The notes under the pieces were generated by a model, which saw only the letters and a program-made list of their open reading frames with translations, made no database searches and was not told the DNA's origin. Below are positions 37,074-45,729 of a stretch of DNA of 45,729 nt, piece by piece. How positions within the stretch are numbered: position 1 is the first letter of the stretch; each line of letters starts with the position of its first letter. The stretch comes from Thermoproteota archaeon (GTDB lineage: Archaea > Thermoproteota > Thermoprotei > Gearchaeales > Gearchaeaceae), in assembly GCA_032249235.1 (NCBI GenBank), contig JAVVGF010000006.1, positions 1 to 45,729 of the forward strand, given 5' to 3'. The translations under genes were made by a program, and so were the position numbers.

Positions 37074-38423
37074 GTGGAAGAAGCCACTCTCAAAGGATAT
37101 TTAAGGCAAGAGGAAAAGAAAGGTAATTTAGTTAAAATAATGACACCTGTTAAAAGGGAATATGAAATCGCTGCAGTTTTGAATAAAATTAGAAACAAAA
37201 TAGTCCTTTTTGAAAACGTTGAAGGAAGCAGTTTTAAAGTTGTAGGAAATGTTTGTGGAGAAAGAAAGAGGCTACTAGAAGCGATTGGTACCACAGAAGA
37301 AGAATATCATAATTACATATATAATGCTATGGAAAATCCGATCCCTTGCGAAATAGTAAATAGGCCCTATTTCAAAGTTGAGGAAAACATATCTGTAGCA
37401 GACTTACCTATTACAAAGCATTATGAAAGTGAAAAGAATTACTATATTACCTCGGGTATAGTGATTGCAAGAGATAAAGAGAAAGGTTTTCAAAACGCAT
37501 CAATTCATAGATTAATGCTCTTGGATAAAGAAACATTTGCAATAAGAATAGTACCTAGGCATTTGTATGCCATGCTTCAAGAAGCTAAGAAAAGAAAAGA
37601 GGTTCTTAATATTGCAATTTGTATAGGAGCACATCCTGCTGCATGTTTAGCTGCAGGGCTTTCACCAAAGTATGGAATAGATCATATTCATGTAGCAAAT
37701 AAAATGCTTAAGGGAAAATTGCATCAATTCAAATGTGAAAATAATACTTTGGCTTTATCTGAGAGTGAAATAATTCTTGAAGGATATATAGATCCTTTTG
37801 AAGAAGTAGATGAAGGGCCGTTCACTGACTTAACAGGCACTGTTGATGTAATAAGGAAACAACCTGTGGTCCATATAAATAAAGTTTATGCAAGCAAAGA
37901 ATCTTTATATCAAGATATTCTACCTGCAAGTGATGAACATTTCCTTTTAATGGGTTTAGGAAGAGAGGTAATGATAAGGAAATATGTTGAAAACGTCGTT
38001 CCTTATGTAAGGAAAGTTAGACTTACTAGAGGAGGTTGTGGATGGTTAATTGCAATAGCTTCAATAAGGAAACTCAGAGAAGGAGATGGAAAAAATGCAA
38101 TTCTTGCTTGTTTCGCTGCTCATCCTTCTCTTAAAATAGCGATTGTTGTAGATGAAGATATTGATCCAGACGATCCAGATCAAGTGCAATATGCTTTAGC
38201 TACAAGATTGAATCCTTCTAAAGGAGTAATAATAATACAAGAAGCAACAGTTTCAACACTTGATCCTGCTTCTGAACAAGATATAGGTTTAGGAAGTAAG
38301 TTAGGAATAGATGCAACAGTGAGTTATAGAAAACCATTGGAGAAATTCAAGAAATCAAAAATACCAGTAAGCGAAGAGAGATTGAAAGAAATTCTTAAGG
38401 ATGCTGGATTAGCTGAATTCTAA
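37074..38423 (+). CDS. UbiD family prFMN-dependent decarboxylase (candidate anhydromevalonate phosphate decarboxylase)
   Basis: 'NASIHRL', 'EGPFTD', 'VVDEDIDP', 'KLGIDAT'. Confidence 0.9.
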   Translation: MEEATLKGYLRQEEKKGNLVKIMTPVKREYEIAAVLNKIRNKIVLFENVEGSSFKVVGNVCGERKRLLEAIGTTEEEYHNYIYNAMENPIPCEIVNRPYFKVEENISVADLPITKHYESEKNYYITSGIVIARDKEKGFQNASIHRLMLLDKETFAIRIVPRHLYAMLQEAKKRKEVLNIAICIGAHPAACLAAGLSPKYGIDHIHVANKMLKGKLHQFKCENNTLALSESEIILEGYIDPFEEVDEGPFTDLTGTVDVIRKQPVVHINKVYASKESLYQDILPASDEHFLLMGLGREVMIRKYVENVVPYVRKVRLTRGGCGWLIAIASIRKLREGDGKNAILACFAAHPSLKIAIVVDEDIDPDDPDQVQYALATRLNPSKGVIIIQEATVSTLDPASEQDIGLGSKLGIDATVSYRKPLEKFKKSKIPVSEERLKEILKDAGLAEF

Positions 38424-39659
38424 AGGATATTTTTCTAAAATTCTTTGACATACGTTCGAGACTCTATCTCTCAATTCTTTGTAAGTGTAAATCCTCAAAA
38501 TATTAAGATAACCTTTCAAAGAGCTTATCCAAGGAGAATATGATGAAAACTTCTCTATTTTATTTTTCTTATTATCAAAAATTGGTATTTCGAAAGGATC
38601 GCTTATATAAGCATTATGATATGGAACAGAAGGAAGCGTAGATAAATCCACGAATATGCTTTCGCTATTAACTTCTGAAATCTTAGCAATTTCATGCTTT
38701 ATTTCCTCTAGCATTTTCATCAATTCTTCTCTTTTGTACTTGATTAAGAATTTTCTCTCATATACGTTTTTCAAAAGATCTCTTGTTTCTAATTTCTCAA
38801 GATATTTCTTACCTTCTCTCGATCTACCTATTTCAATCCATAATCGATAATCATCTAAAGATAAGTATTCTTCGGCGTTGAATGAATTCATGAAGCCGAA
38901 TTCCTCGAATGTTTTTTCAATTCCTTTTAAAAGAAGCAATTGTGCTGCTCGTATAGTCTTATGATAATAAATAGCTTCAAAGCTTTTTATCCTAGCCATT
39001 ATGAATAATTCAAAAGTTAACAAAGCTGTCGAATTTACTGCAAGCTCGTCATTGAAAACCTCCATTGTATTTACTAGACGATCAACATCTATACCGCCAT
39101 ATCCTGCACCACTATGATAGTTATCTCTTTTTATGAAATCCAACTTATCAGCATCTATGCCGCTATTCGTTATTTGATGTAGAAATTTTCTAAGAAAAAC
39201 TCTTTCCCCAGTTATAATATAACCTATCTTTATAGGTTCTATCGATAGATCTTTGAGAATATCTGATATTTGGCTTTCAGATATTATTCTTTTTCCTATT
39301 TCTTCATGATTCATGTTTAATTTACTTAAAGTAATCGATTCGAAAAGATGTGAAAAAGGACCATGACCTATATCATGGAGTAATGAAGCAGTCCTTATGA
39401 GCTTAGCTTCATCTTCATCAATTTCTAAAGGTAAATTCTCCATTATTGAAGTAGCTAAATGCATAACACCTAAAGAATGCTCAAATCTTGTATGAACAGC
39501 TCCTGGATAAACATAATCTGCTAAGGGTAATTGCTTAATTCTATGCAATCTTTGAAATTCTCTTGTATCTATTATTTTTTTGTCATCTTCGGAAATGATG
39601 ATATAACCATGAATTGGGTCTTTAATGAAGCCCCATGATTTAATTTTCTTTTTAAGCAT
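38409..39659 (-). CDS. HD-domain phosphohydrolase (dNTPase/SAMHD1-like)
   Basis: 'DPIHG', 'FQRLHRIKQL', 'HTRFEHSLG', 'LLHDIGHGPFSH', 'DADKLD'. Confidence 0.93.
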   Translation of the reverse strand: MLKKKIKSWGFIKDPIHGYIIISEDDKKIIDTREFQRLHRIKQLPLADYVYPGAVHTRFEHSLGVMHLATSIMENLPLEIDEDEAKLIRTASLLHDIGHGPFSHLFESITLSKLNMNHEEIGKRIISESQISDILKDLSIEPIKIGYIITGERVFLRKFLHQITNSGIDADKLDFIKRDNYHSGAGYGGIDVDRLVNTMEVFNDELAVNSTALLTFELFIMARIKSFEAIYYHKTIRAAQLLLLKGIEKTFEEFGFMNSFNAEEYLSLDDYRLWIEIGRSREGKKYLEKLETRDLLKNVYERKFLIKYKREELMKMLEEIKHEIAKISEVNSESIFVDLSTLPSVPYHNAYISDPFEIPIFDNKKNKIEKFSSYSPWISSLKGYLNILRIYTYKELRDRVSNVCQRILEKYPLEFS

Positions 39660-40254
39660 TCAATACACCTACCTCTTCAAGAAAATATTTCATTACTTTC
39701 CTTATATCAGCTTGAACATCTTCAATGCTTCGATTTGTAGGTATTACGATGAATCCTTCATCTGAAGCAATTTCTAAAAATTTCTTCCTTACTTTTTCAA
39801 GAAAATCTAGTTTTTCATATATTTCTTTTCCTCCTTCTTTTCTTTTCAAAGCTATTGAAGGATCGACATCAAGTAAAATCACAAGATCAGGTTTTGGAAA
39901 TTTTTTGTTTAAAGAAATGATGAAAGAATCCTTTACGCCATGTATAGATTGATATGCCCATGTTGAGTACATGTATCTATCGCATATCACAATGTATCCT
40001 TCTTCAAGTTTAGGAAGTATTTCTTTTTTAATATGCTCACTTCTGTCTGCAGTGAAAAGCAAAGTCAAAACATATGCATCTGCTCCATCTTTTAACATAT
40101 CTCTGATTAAAAGACCTATTTTACTCATCGTAGGTTCTTTTGTATATATAGCTTTAATTCCAAGTTCATTAAGCCAATTTACAATTTTTTTACTGTTCGT
40201 GGTTAAACCTGAACCGTCGATTCCTTCAAATACAATGAAAAAACCTTTTTTCAT
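39652..40254 (-). CDS. tmk: Thymidylate kinase
   Basis: 'FEGIDGSGLTT', 'KEPT', 'ICDRY..S..AYQ', 'KPDL'. Confidence 0.93.
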   Translation of the reverse strand: MKKGFFIVFEGIDGSGLTTNSKKIVNWLNELGIKAIYTKEPTMSKIGLLIRDMLKDGADAYVLTLLFTADRSEHIKKEILPKLEEGYIVICDRYMYSTWAYQSIHGVKDSFIISLNKKFPKPDLVILLDVDPSIALKRKEGGKEIYEKLDFLEKVRKKFLEIASDEGFIVIPTNRSIEDVQADIRKVMKYFLEEVGVLNA

Positions 40255-40631
40255 CCAGCTGAACTCTTTAACTTCATCAATCTTTCATATGCTTCTATTA
40301 AAGATATCATCAAATCTATCTTTGACTTTAGCTTAATCTCATCGTATTCATTAATTATAGCAGGTTCAAGTTCGTTTAGCTTACTAACTACAACTGAAAG
40401 TAACCTATCAATTGTTTGAAATCTACTAATGCTTTCTTCTTCTCCATGTTTTACGTAAATAGCAATCCTATTACAAGATGGACAAATTATTTTTCCGTCT
40501 TTCATTTTAAAAAGAGGTACTTTACAATCAGGACAAGATTCTGCTAGCATAGTATTGCCAGCCTTCAACAATTCAGCCATTCTTTTTGTAACAGCCTCTC
40601 TTGATTTCTCATCCATTATTATCATAGCCAA
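40251..40631 (-). CDS. UPF0148/SSSCA1-like zinc-finger protein
   Basis: 'MAELLKAGNTMLAESCPDCKVPLF...ICPSC'. Confidence 0.88.
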   Translation of the reverse strand: MAMIIMDEKSREAVTKRMAELLKAGNTMLAESCPDCKVPLFKMKDGKIICPSCNRIAIYVKHGEEESISRFQTIDRLLSVVVSKLNELEPAIINEYDEIKLKSKIDLMISLIEAYERLMKLKSSAG

Positions 40632-40686
40632 TATCTACTTCTAGACATATTTTTTTATATTCAATATAGAATATCAAGAAAGTAAA

Positions 40687-40950
40687 ATGCAAACAAATGA
40701 AGATAGAATAAGAATGGTGATCAATCTGCTGGAAAATTTGGTAAAGGATCCTGCATTACCTAGGAATTTAAAAGAAGCTTGCAAAGAAGCTATCGATAAA
40801 CTTAGTGATAAAAAAATAACATCATATTCAGTAAAGTCTTCAAGTAGCATTAGCAAGCTTGAGGAAGTTGCTCAAGATCCAACACTTCCTGTATTTGCGA
40901 GGACTGCAATTTGGAGAGCTATAAGCATACTTGAACAAGTAAAAGATTGA
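40687..40950 (+). CDS. UPF0147 family protein
   Basis: 'DPALPRNLK...LEEVAQDPTLPVFARTAIWRAISILE'. Confidence 0.9.
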   Translation: MQTNEDRIRMVINLLENLVKDPALPRNLKEACKEAIDKLSDKKITSYSVKSSSSISKLEEVAQDPTLPVFARTAIWRAISILEQVKD

Positions 40951-42332
40951 TGCAGAAGAGCTTATATATTCAAGGTATTTTCAGTACTGCAATCTCAAAA
41001 TTATTTTTAGAAAAAGGATACTCGCTTGCTTTTCCTTCAAAAACAATTGCTAAAAGATTGAATATAGAAAATACTTCAAACAATTGGGATGTTGCTATTA
41101 TTTCCAATCCTATTCCATTTGGATTGAAAATATTCGGTAAGAATACTTCTGAAGTAGTTAAAATATTAAGAGAAGAACTAGATCCTATTATAATAAGGAA
41201 GAGTAAAATCAATCTAGGGCTTACTGCAATTGGAGAAGTCATAGAAGAAGGGGATAAAAAATCACTTGTAGACATTGGAGTTGCAAAAGGATTTATTTTA
41301 GGAAAATTCCCTAAAGGAAGCAAGATCGTAGTAGCAACAAGAGAACCAGCTTTTGAAGAAGATATCACTTTTTTCCATGGAATTTGTCTTGGAGGAAAGT
41401 ACGCTATGCTTGTGCAAAATGGAGAAATAGGTATGCCTGAACATATGATGAATAGCAAAAAAGGAAAAGCATTATTGGATTTAGCAAAAGAAATTTTACC
41501 TTCAGGTTGGGGTTTAGAATTCTTCGAAACTTGTATAAACAGCGATGAAAAAGTTATAAAAGAAGAATTAATCAGCCTGATCCAAAAAGGAAAAAGTTTT
41601 TTAGAAAAGAAAACTAATGGCATAGCTATCTTACATGAAGGAATGGAATATCATGAAGCTTATCTAAGTTACGAATCTAAAATTAAATTGGATGAAATTA
41701 GGAATAAAGTCCTTCCAACTTTGAAAGGTCATCATTATTTAAGAAGTTGGGGGGAATCTATGAATCCTTTGATACATTTTGCAGAAAGCCTGTTGAGTAG
41801 AGGAATAGAAAAGAAATGCATTGAAGAAAGTCTTGATGAAAGCTTGTTCAGTGAGATATTTAGTATAGGGAAGATGATGAATATTTTTCATTTCAAGGCT
41901 AATGGAAAATTGATAAAGCTTTCGCCTGGTAGAATAATTGAAAGTAATGAAAAAGAAAGAAGTATAACTCTATTGAGGAAAATAAAAGGATTAGGTTATT
42001 ATGATGGGCTTGAAGCGAAAAAAGAAGCAGGAGATTATGCAATAGCAACATACAAACTTGGATCCATGGTTAGTAGGACATACTATTATAGAAGCAATGG
42101 AGAATTGATAGGTATTTATTCAAACTTTTCAACACCTATAGAAATCTTTCCTAATGCTATTAGCTATGTAGATTTAGAAGTAGATATTGTTAGGAATAGC
42201 AAAGGCGAAATTAAAATAATCGACAGATCAAAATTAGAAGATCTCGTTGTTAAAGAAATAATTTCAGAAAAAGTGTATTGGAGGATATTAGAATTAATAG
42301 AAAATGAAAAGAAAGAATTATCTAGTACTTAA
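40947..42332 (+). CDS. fau-1: FAU-1 ribonuclease / RNA-binding protein (DUF402)
   Basis: 'IQGIFSTAISK', 'PTLKGHHY', 'GYYDGL', 'NFSTPIE', 'YVDLEVDIV'. Confidence 0.88.
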   Translation: MMQKSLYIQGIFSTAISKLFLEKGYSLAFPSKTIAKRLNIENTSNNWDVAIISNPIPFGLKIFGKNTSEVVKILREELDPIIIRKSKINLGLTAIGEVIEEGDKKSLVDIGVAKGFILGKFPKGSKIVVATREPAFEEDITFFHGICLGGKYAMLVQNGEIGMPEHMMNSKKGKALLDLAKEILPSGWGLEFFETCINSDEKVIKEELISLIQKGKSFLEKKTNGIAILHEGMEYHEAYLSYESKIKLDEIRNKVLPTLKGHHYLRSWGESMNPLIHFAESLLSRGIEKKCIEESLDESLFSEIFSIGKMMNIFHFKANGKLIKLSPGRIIESNEKERSITLLRKIKGLGYYDGLEAKKEAGDYAIATYKLGSMVSRTYYYRSNGELIGIYSNFSTPIEIFPNAISYVDLEVDIVRNSKGEIKIIDRSKLEDLVVKEIISEKVYWRILELIENEKKELSST

Positions 42333-43688
42333 ATGAAATCTACCTTCTTTATCTATCCTTTCAAATCCATGTGCACCGAAGTAATCTCTTAATGCTTGCG
42401 TCAAGTTAGCTGGTAAATTTCTTGAAAAAAGATAGATAATATAGTTAAAAGAAGATGAAAGAACAAGAGAAGGTAAACCATTTCTTATCATCGTGCTTAA
42501 TACTCTTGCGAAATCTAAAATATTCTCTTCAATCGTATTTAATACAAGGCTGGAAGAAAATAGATCTTCGCCAAATTTTTCCTCATATAATCTTTTCAAC
42601 AATTCACTCCTTATTATGCTCCCTCCAAGCCAAACTCTAATTACTTCCTTAAGATTGAAATTGTATCCATAATATCCAGCATTTCTTAAAATGTCAAATC
42701 CTTGTAGATAAGCTATTAAATTTGCTAAAATTAAAGCCGATTTGATGCTATTTTCTTCTAGCTCTATTGAATTTTTAATTTTCAAATTTAAAAGACTGGA
42801 TAACTTAATTCTTCTTTCTTTTAAGCTTGATATTGATCTAGAATATACTGCAGAAGATATTGAAGGAGCCGGAATTCCTATTTCCAATGAAATTTCTGAA
42901 GCCCAAATTCCTGTACCTTTTTGTTCAGCCTTATCAAGAATGAGATCAACAAGATAATTATCATCTTCTTTCATCCTCAAAACTTCTTGGCATGCATTCA
43001 ACAAGAATGAAGCTAAAATTCCTTTGTTCCAATCATTAAATATGTCGGCAATTTCTTCATTGCTCTTACCCATGGATCTTAAAAGAAAGTATATTTCTGA
43101 GATATCCTCGATTAGCGCATATTCAATTCCATTATGGATAGTTTTAATGAAGTGTCCTGCTCCTCCTTTTCCGAAATATGAATGAGAAGGTTTCATATCG
43201 AAATGAGAAGAAATCTTGTCAAAGATTTTAGAAGATAATAAATATGCTTTTTCATCCCCTCCTACCATTATACTTAAACCTTTTCTAGCACCTTCAACAC
43301 CTCCGCTTATTCCTGCTCCAAGATACCTAATTCCTTTAGATTGAAGCAATTCATATCTTCTTTCTGTATCTTTAAAATGAGAATTTCCTCCATCAATTAT
43401 AATATCGCCTTCATTTAATTTCGATACTAAAGAATTGATCATTTCATCAACAGGCTGGCCTGCTTTTATTAACAAAAGAATTTTTCTTGGTCTCTCAATT
43501 GAATTCAAGAAAGAATCTATATCATAACAAGGAATCACATCTAGATCTTTATTTTTTAAAACAAACTCCTTTAGTTTTTCAGGAGTTCTATTATAAAGAG
43601 CTGTTTTTAATCCCTTTTGATATAATTGAAATACAAGATTTTCAGCCATCGAACCTAAGCCTACTAATCCTAAATCAGCACTCATCAA
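42318..43688 (-). CDS. gnd: 6-phosphogluconate dehydrogenase, decarboxylating, long NADP-type
   Basis: 'YNRT', 'IDGGNS', 'ISGGVEGARKG', 'GHFIKTIHNGIEY', 'QKGTG', 'QALRDYFGAH'. Confidence 0.95.
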   Translation of the reverse strand: MMSADLGLVGLGSMAENLVFQLYQKGLKTALYNRTPEKLKEFVLKNKDLDVIPCYDIDSFLNSIERPRKILLLIKAGQPVDEMINSLVSKLNEGDIIIDGGNSHFKDTERRYELLQSKGIRYLGAGISGGVEGARKGLSIMVGGDEKAYLLSSKIFDKISSHFDMKPSHSYFGKGGAGHFIKTIHNGIEYALIEDISEIYFLLRSMGKSNEEIADIFNDWNKGILASFLLNACQEVLRMKEDDNYLVDLILDKAEQKGTGIWASEISLEIGIPAPSISSAVYSRSISSLKERRIKLSSLLNLKIKNSIELEENSIKSALILANLIAYLQGFDILRNAGYYGYNFNLKEVIRVWLGGSIIRSELLKRLYEEKFGEDLFSSSLVLNTIEENILDFARVLSTMIRNGLPSLVLSSSFNYIIYLFSRNLPANLTQALRDYFGAHGFERIDKEGRFHLSTR

Positions 43689-43723
43689 TACCTAAAGGTT
43701 ATATGTGGTTTTATTTCTTTTCA

Positions 43724-43797
43724 AGCCCCGGGCGGGATTTGAACCCGCGACCTTCCGCTTACAAGGCGGATGCTATACCGAGCTTAGCTACCGGGGC
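43724..43797 (-). tRNA. tRNA-Thr(UGU), intronless, CCA not encoded
   Basis: GCCCCGG/CCGGGGC acceptor stem, U73; anticodon arm TCCGC-CT TGT AA-GCGGA; GTTCAAATC T-loop. Confidence 0.97.
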
Positions 43798-43854
43798 TAT
43801 AAATTATATTGAGAAAAAGAAATTAAAAAATATCTTTATCTTCTAATTTTTGAA

Positions 43855-44997
43855 GTGATACTTGATTCGAACATAATAGGTATCATCATCTCCTTTGCGT
43901 TATCATTCGCATTAGGTTTATTTTTTAAGAAATTTAAGATACCTACAATCATAGCTTATATTTCGGCAGGAATACTTTTGAGCAATAATACATTAGCTAA
44001 TTTTAACATGAAGATTATAAGCGATAGTAATGCACTAAGTCTATTATCATCTTTTTCATTGATGCTTTTATTAATGATTTCTGGCATAAAATTTCCTTTG
44101 GTAAGGATTTGGAAATATGCAAATACTGCTTTTATTGTAGCAATTATTGAAGTGTTTTTCTCAGTTTCTGCAATATACCTTTTATGTCATTATCTATTTA
44201 GATTCAGCGCTTATGAAGCTGCTTTCATTTCTGTAAGCCTTGCACCTTCTAGTGCGATTTTGCTTGATAAAATAATTCAACAAGAAAAACCATTAAGAGA
44301 TACATATCTTTACATCACACTAGCTATTTTAATGATAGAAAATGTTATGTTTGGCATACTGATCACAATTTTAGGAGTATTAATAACAACTCCATTTACT
44401 TATGTTAGTTTAGCTACGCAGCTTAGTTTAGTAACACTTTTCACAGGTTTATTGCTTTTAGGTGGAAGCTATGCCTTTCCCATCATATTTGAGAAAATAG
44501 CAAAGGATGATGAAATCTTAAATTTAATTCTTATCATTGCTCTTACATTCACATTAGCTTTTATAGGAAGCTTCGTGATGATTAATCCTTACAGTTCAAT
44601 CTTGCTTACAGGCATTGTTATATCTTCTATAAAAACAAGACAGAAAATTGAAGAAAGCTTTAGATATATTGAAGAAATTGCTTGCGTTATATTTTATTTT
44701 TTTGTAGGATTTATTTTAAATATTTGGCAAATTAAGATTTATGAAATACTACTAATCATTGCATCTTTATATTCCTCTAAAATTCTTTCTTCTTATTTTT
44801 CTTTAAGAACAATTGGTTATGATAAAAGAATTGCTTTAAATACGAGCACTACAATTATTCTGCCAGGAGAAATTTCCTTAATTTTAGCTTTTATTGCAGT
44901 TTATTTATACGGATTAAATTTCAACATATTAAATTATGTAATAATTATAGTGCTCATCAATTATATTATTTATTATTTAATAAATAGATTTTCTTGA
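43855..44997 (+). CDS. Cation:proton antiporter (CPA2/Kef-like, divergent)
   Basis: About 12 TM; 'PTIIAYISAGILL', 'LAPSSAIL', 'ILMIEN', 'PGEISLILA'. Confidence 0.8.
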   Translation: MILDSNIIGIIISFALSFALGLFFKKFKIPTIIAYISAGILLSNNTLANFNMKIISDSNALSLLSSFSLMLLLMISGIKFPLVRIWKYANTAFIVAIIEVFFSVSAIYLLCHYLFRFSAYEAAFISVSLAPSSAILLDKIIQQEKPLRDTYLYITLAILMIENVMFGILITILGVLITTPFTYVSLATQLSLVTLFTGLLLLGGSYAFPIIFEKIAKDDEILNLILIIALTFTLAFIGSFVMINPYSSILLTGIVISSIKTRQKIEESFRYIEEIACVIFYFFVGFILNIWQIKIYEILLIIASLYSSKILSSYFSLRTIGYDKRIALNTSTTIILPGEISLILAFIAVYLYGLNFNILNYVIIIVLINYIIYYLINRFS

Positions 44998-45728
44998 TCA
45001 AAAAAGTCATAGATATATTTTATTTTTAACATTTTTGCTAAATCTCTATTTAAAGCAACAACATCTTCGCTATTTAAATCACTTATATTATATTTTCCCA
45101 AAGAAGAAATGATCATTTGTGCTTCAACCTTAATGCTTTCTATGAAATTTTTTACGAATATAATTGATTTCTCGTTTGGATGAAAGAAGTTATCGATTAG
45201 ATAACCTAAAAATCTATTCTTATATAATTCTCTTTTTAAAATAGTCGCTGAGAAAGGATAAGCATAAGAAGCAATTAAGAATGGTCTTCCCATAGCTATT
45301 CCATTCGCATTTAAAGCTAAAGATTTTACTAAATGTGAACCGTTATATAACCTTCCAGATATAACCAAAGAAATATTCATTCCATTCATTTTAGCTCTCC
45401 TTATTGCTGCTAAACAGACAATTGTAGGAAAACCCAATTCTTGAAGCGCTACAGTTGGACTCATTCCTGTTCCGCCTTCTTTACCATCGATCACTACACA
45501 ATGAGCACCAGCTTTATATGAGATTTCAATAACTTTATCAATATCTCTATAAGGTCCTGTTTTAACCCATATTTTAACTCTTGGATAATCATTTCTAAGT
45601 TTTTTAATTCTGTATTCAAGTATTTCTTCAGTAAAAATATCAGGCGATGAATGTCTTTCATAATATTCAGCATCGACTTTTTCTGGATCAGGATAAATAT
45701 AATATTTAGATTTCAGCTTTAATGCTTC
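44973..45728 (-). CDS. Glutamate synthase FMN-domain-related protein, 5' end outside the window
   Basis: Frame is open to the window edge (…VKIWVKTG…VVIDGKEGGTGMSP…ISGRL…KSLALNANGIAMGR). Confidence 0.82.
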   Translation of the reverse strand, partial: EALKLKSKYYIYPDPEKVDAEYYERHSSPDIFTEEILEYRIKKLRNDYPRVKIWVKTGPYRDIDKVIEISYKAGAHCVVIDGKEGGTGMSPTVALQELGFPTIVCLAAIRRAKMNGMNISLVISGRLYNGSHLVKSLALNANGIAMGRPFLIASYAYPFSATILKRELYKNRFLGYLIDNFFHPNEKSIIFVKNFIESIKVEAQMIISSLGKYNISDLNSEDVVALNRDLAKMLKIKYIYDFFDQENLFIK

Positions 45729-45729
45729 T

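Noticed and set aside
40970-41623. 217-aa antisense ORF
   Set aside because: Shadow of fau-1 with Ser/Phe/Ile-rich antisense composition and no motifs
43487-43846. 119-aa plus-strand ORF
   Set aside because: Antisense to gnd and tRNA-Thr; 'PGRDLNPRPSAYKAD' is a translated tRNA complement

Overview
AT-rich, densely packed archaeal chromosome segment, most likely TACK/Thermoproteota. Markers include PolB1, eS26, Alba, TBP, thermosome, Rpo6, class I LysRS, FAU-1, PaREP1 and an arcadin-1 homologue. Positions 1-4.2 kb look accessory and end at an IS200/IS605-type terminal hairpin beside tRNA-Ala(UGC). The rest is mostly housekeeping, with a second tRNA (Thr-UGU). Features missing from the ORF track are a complete C/D-box guide sRNA (predicted to target 23S G2251), a 54-aa ORF and three sets of candidate operator repeats. 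The best candidate for an undescribed system is at 8.3-14.7 kb. A membrane protein / catalytically degenerate HerA-VirB4-like protein / RadA-core paralogue operon diverges from a membrane-tethered wHTH regulator and signal peptidase I, across four 20-bp-phased pseudo-palindromes. A site-2 protease and a VirB2-like pilin candidate lie close by. All family calls come from motif recognition by eye; no database searches were run.
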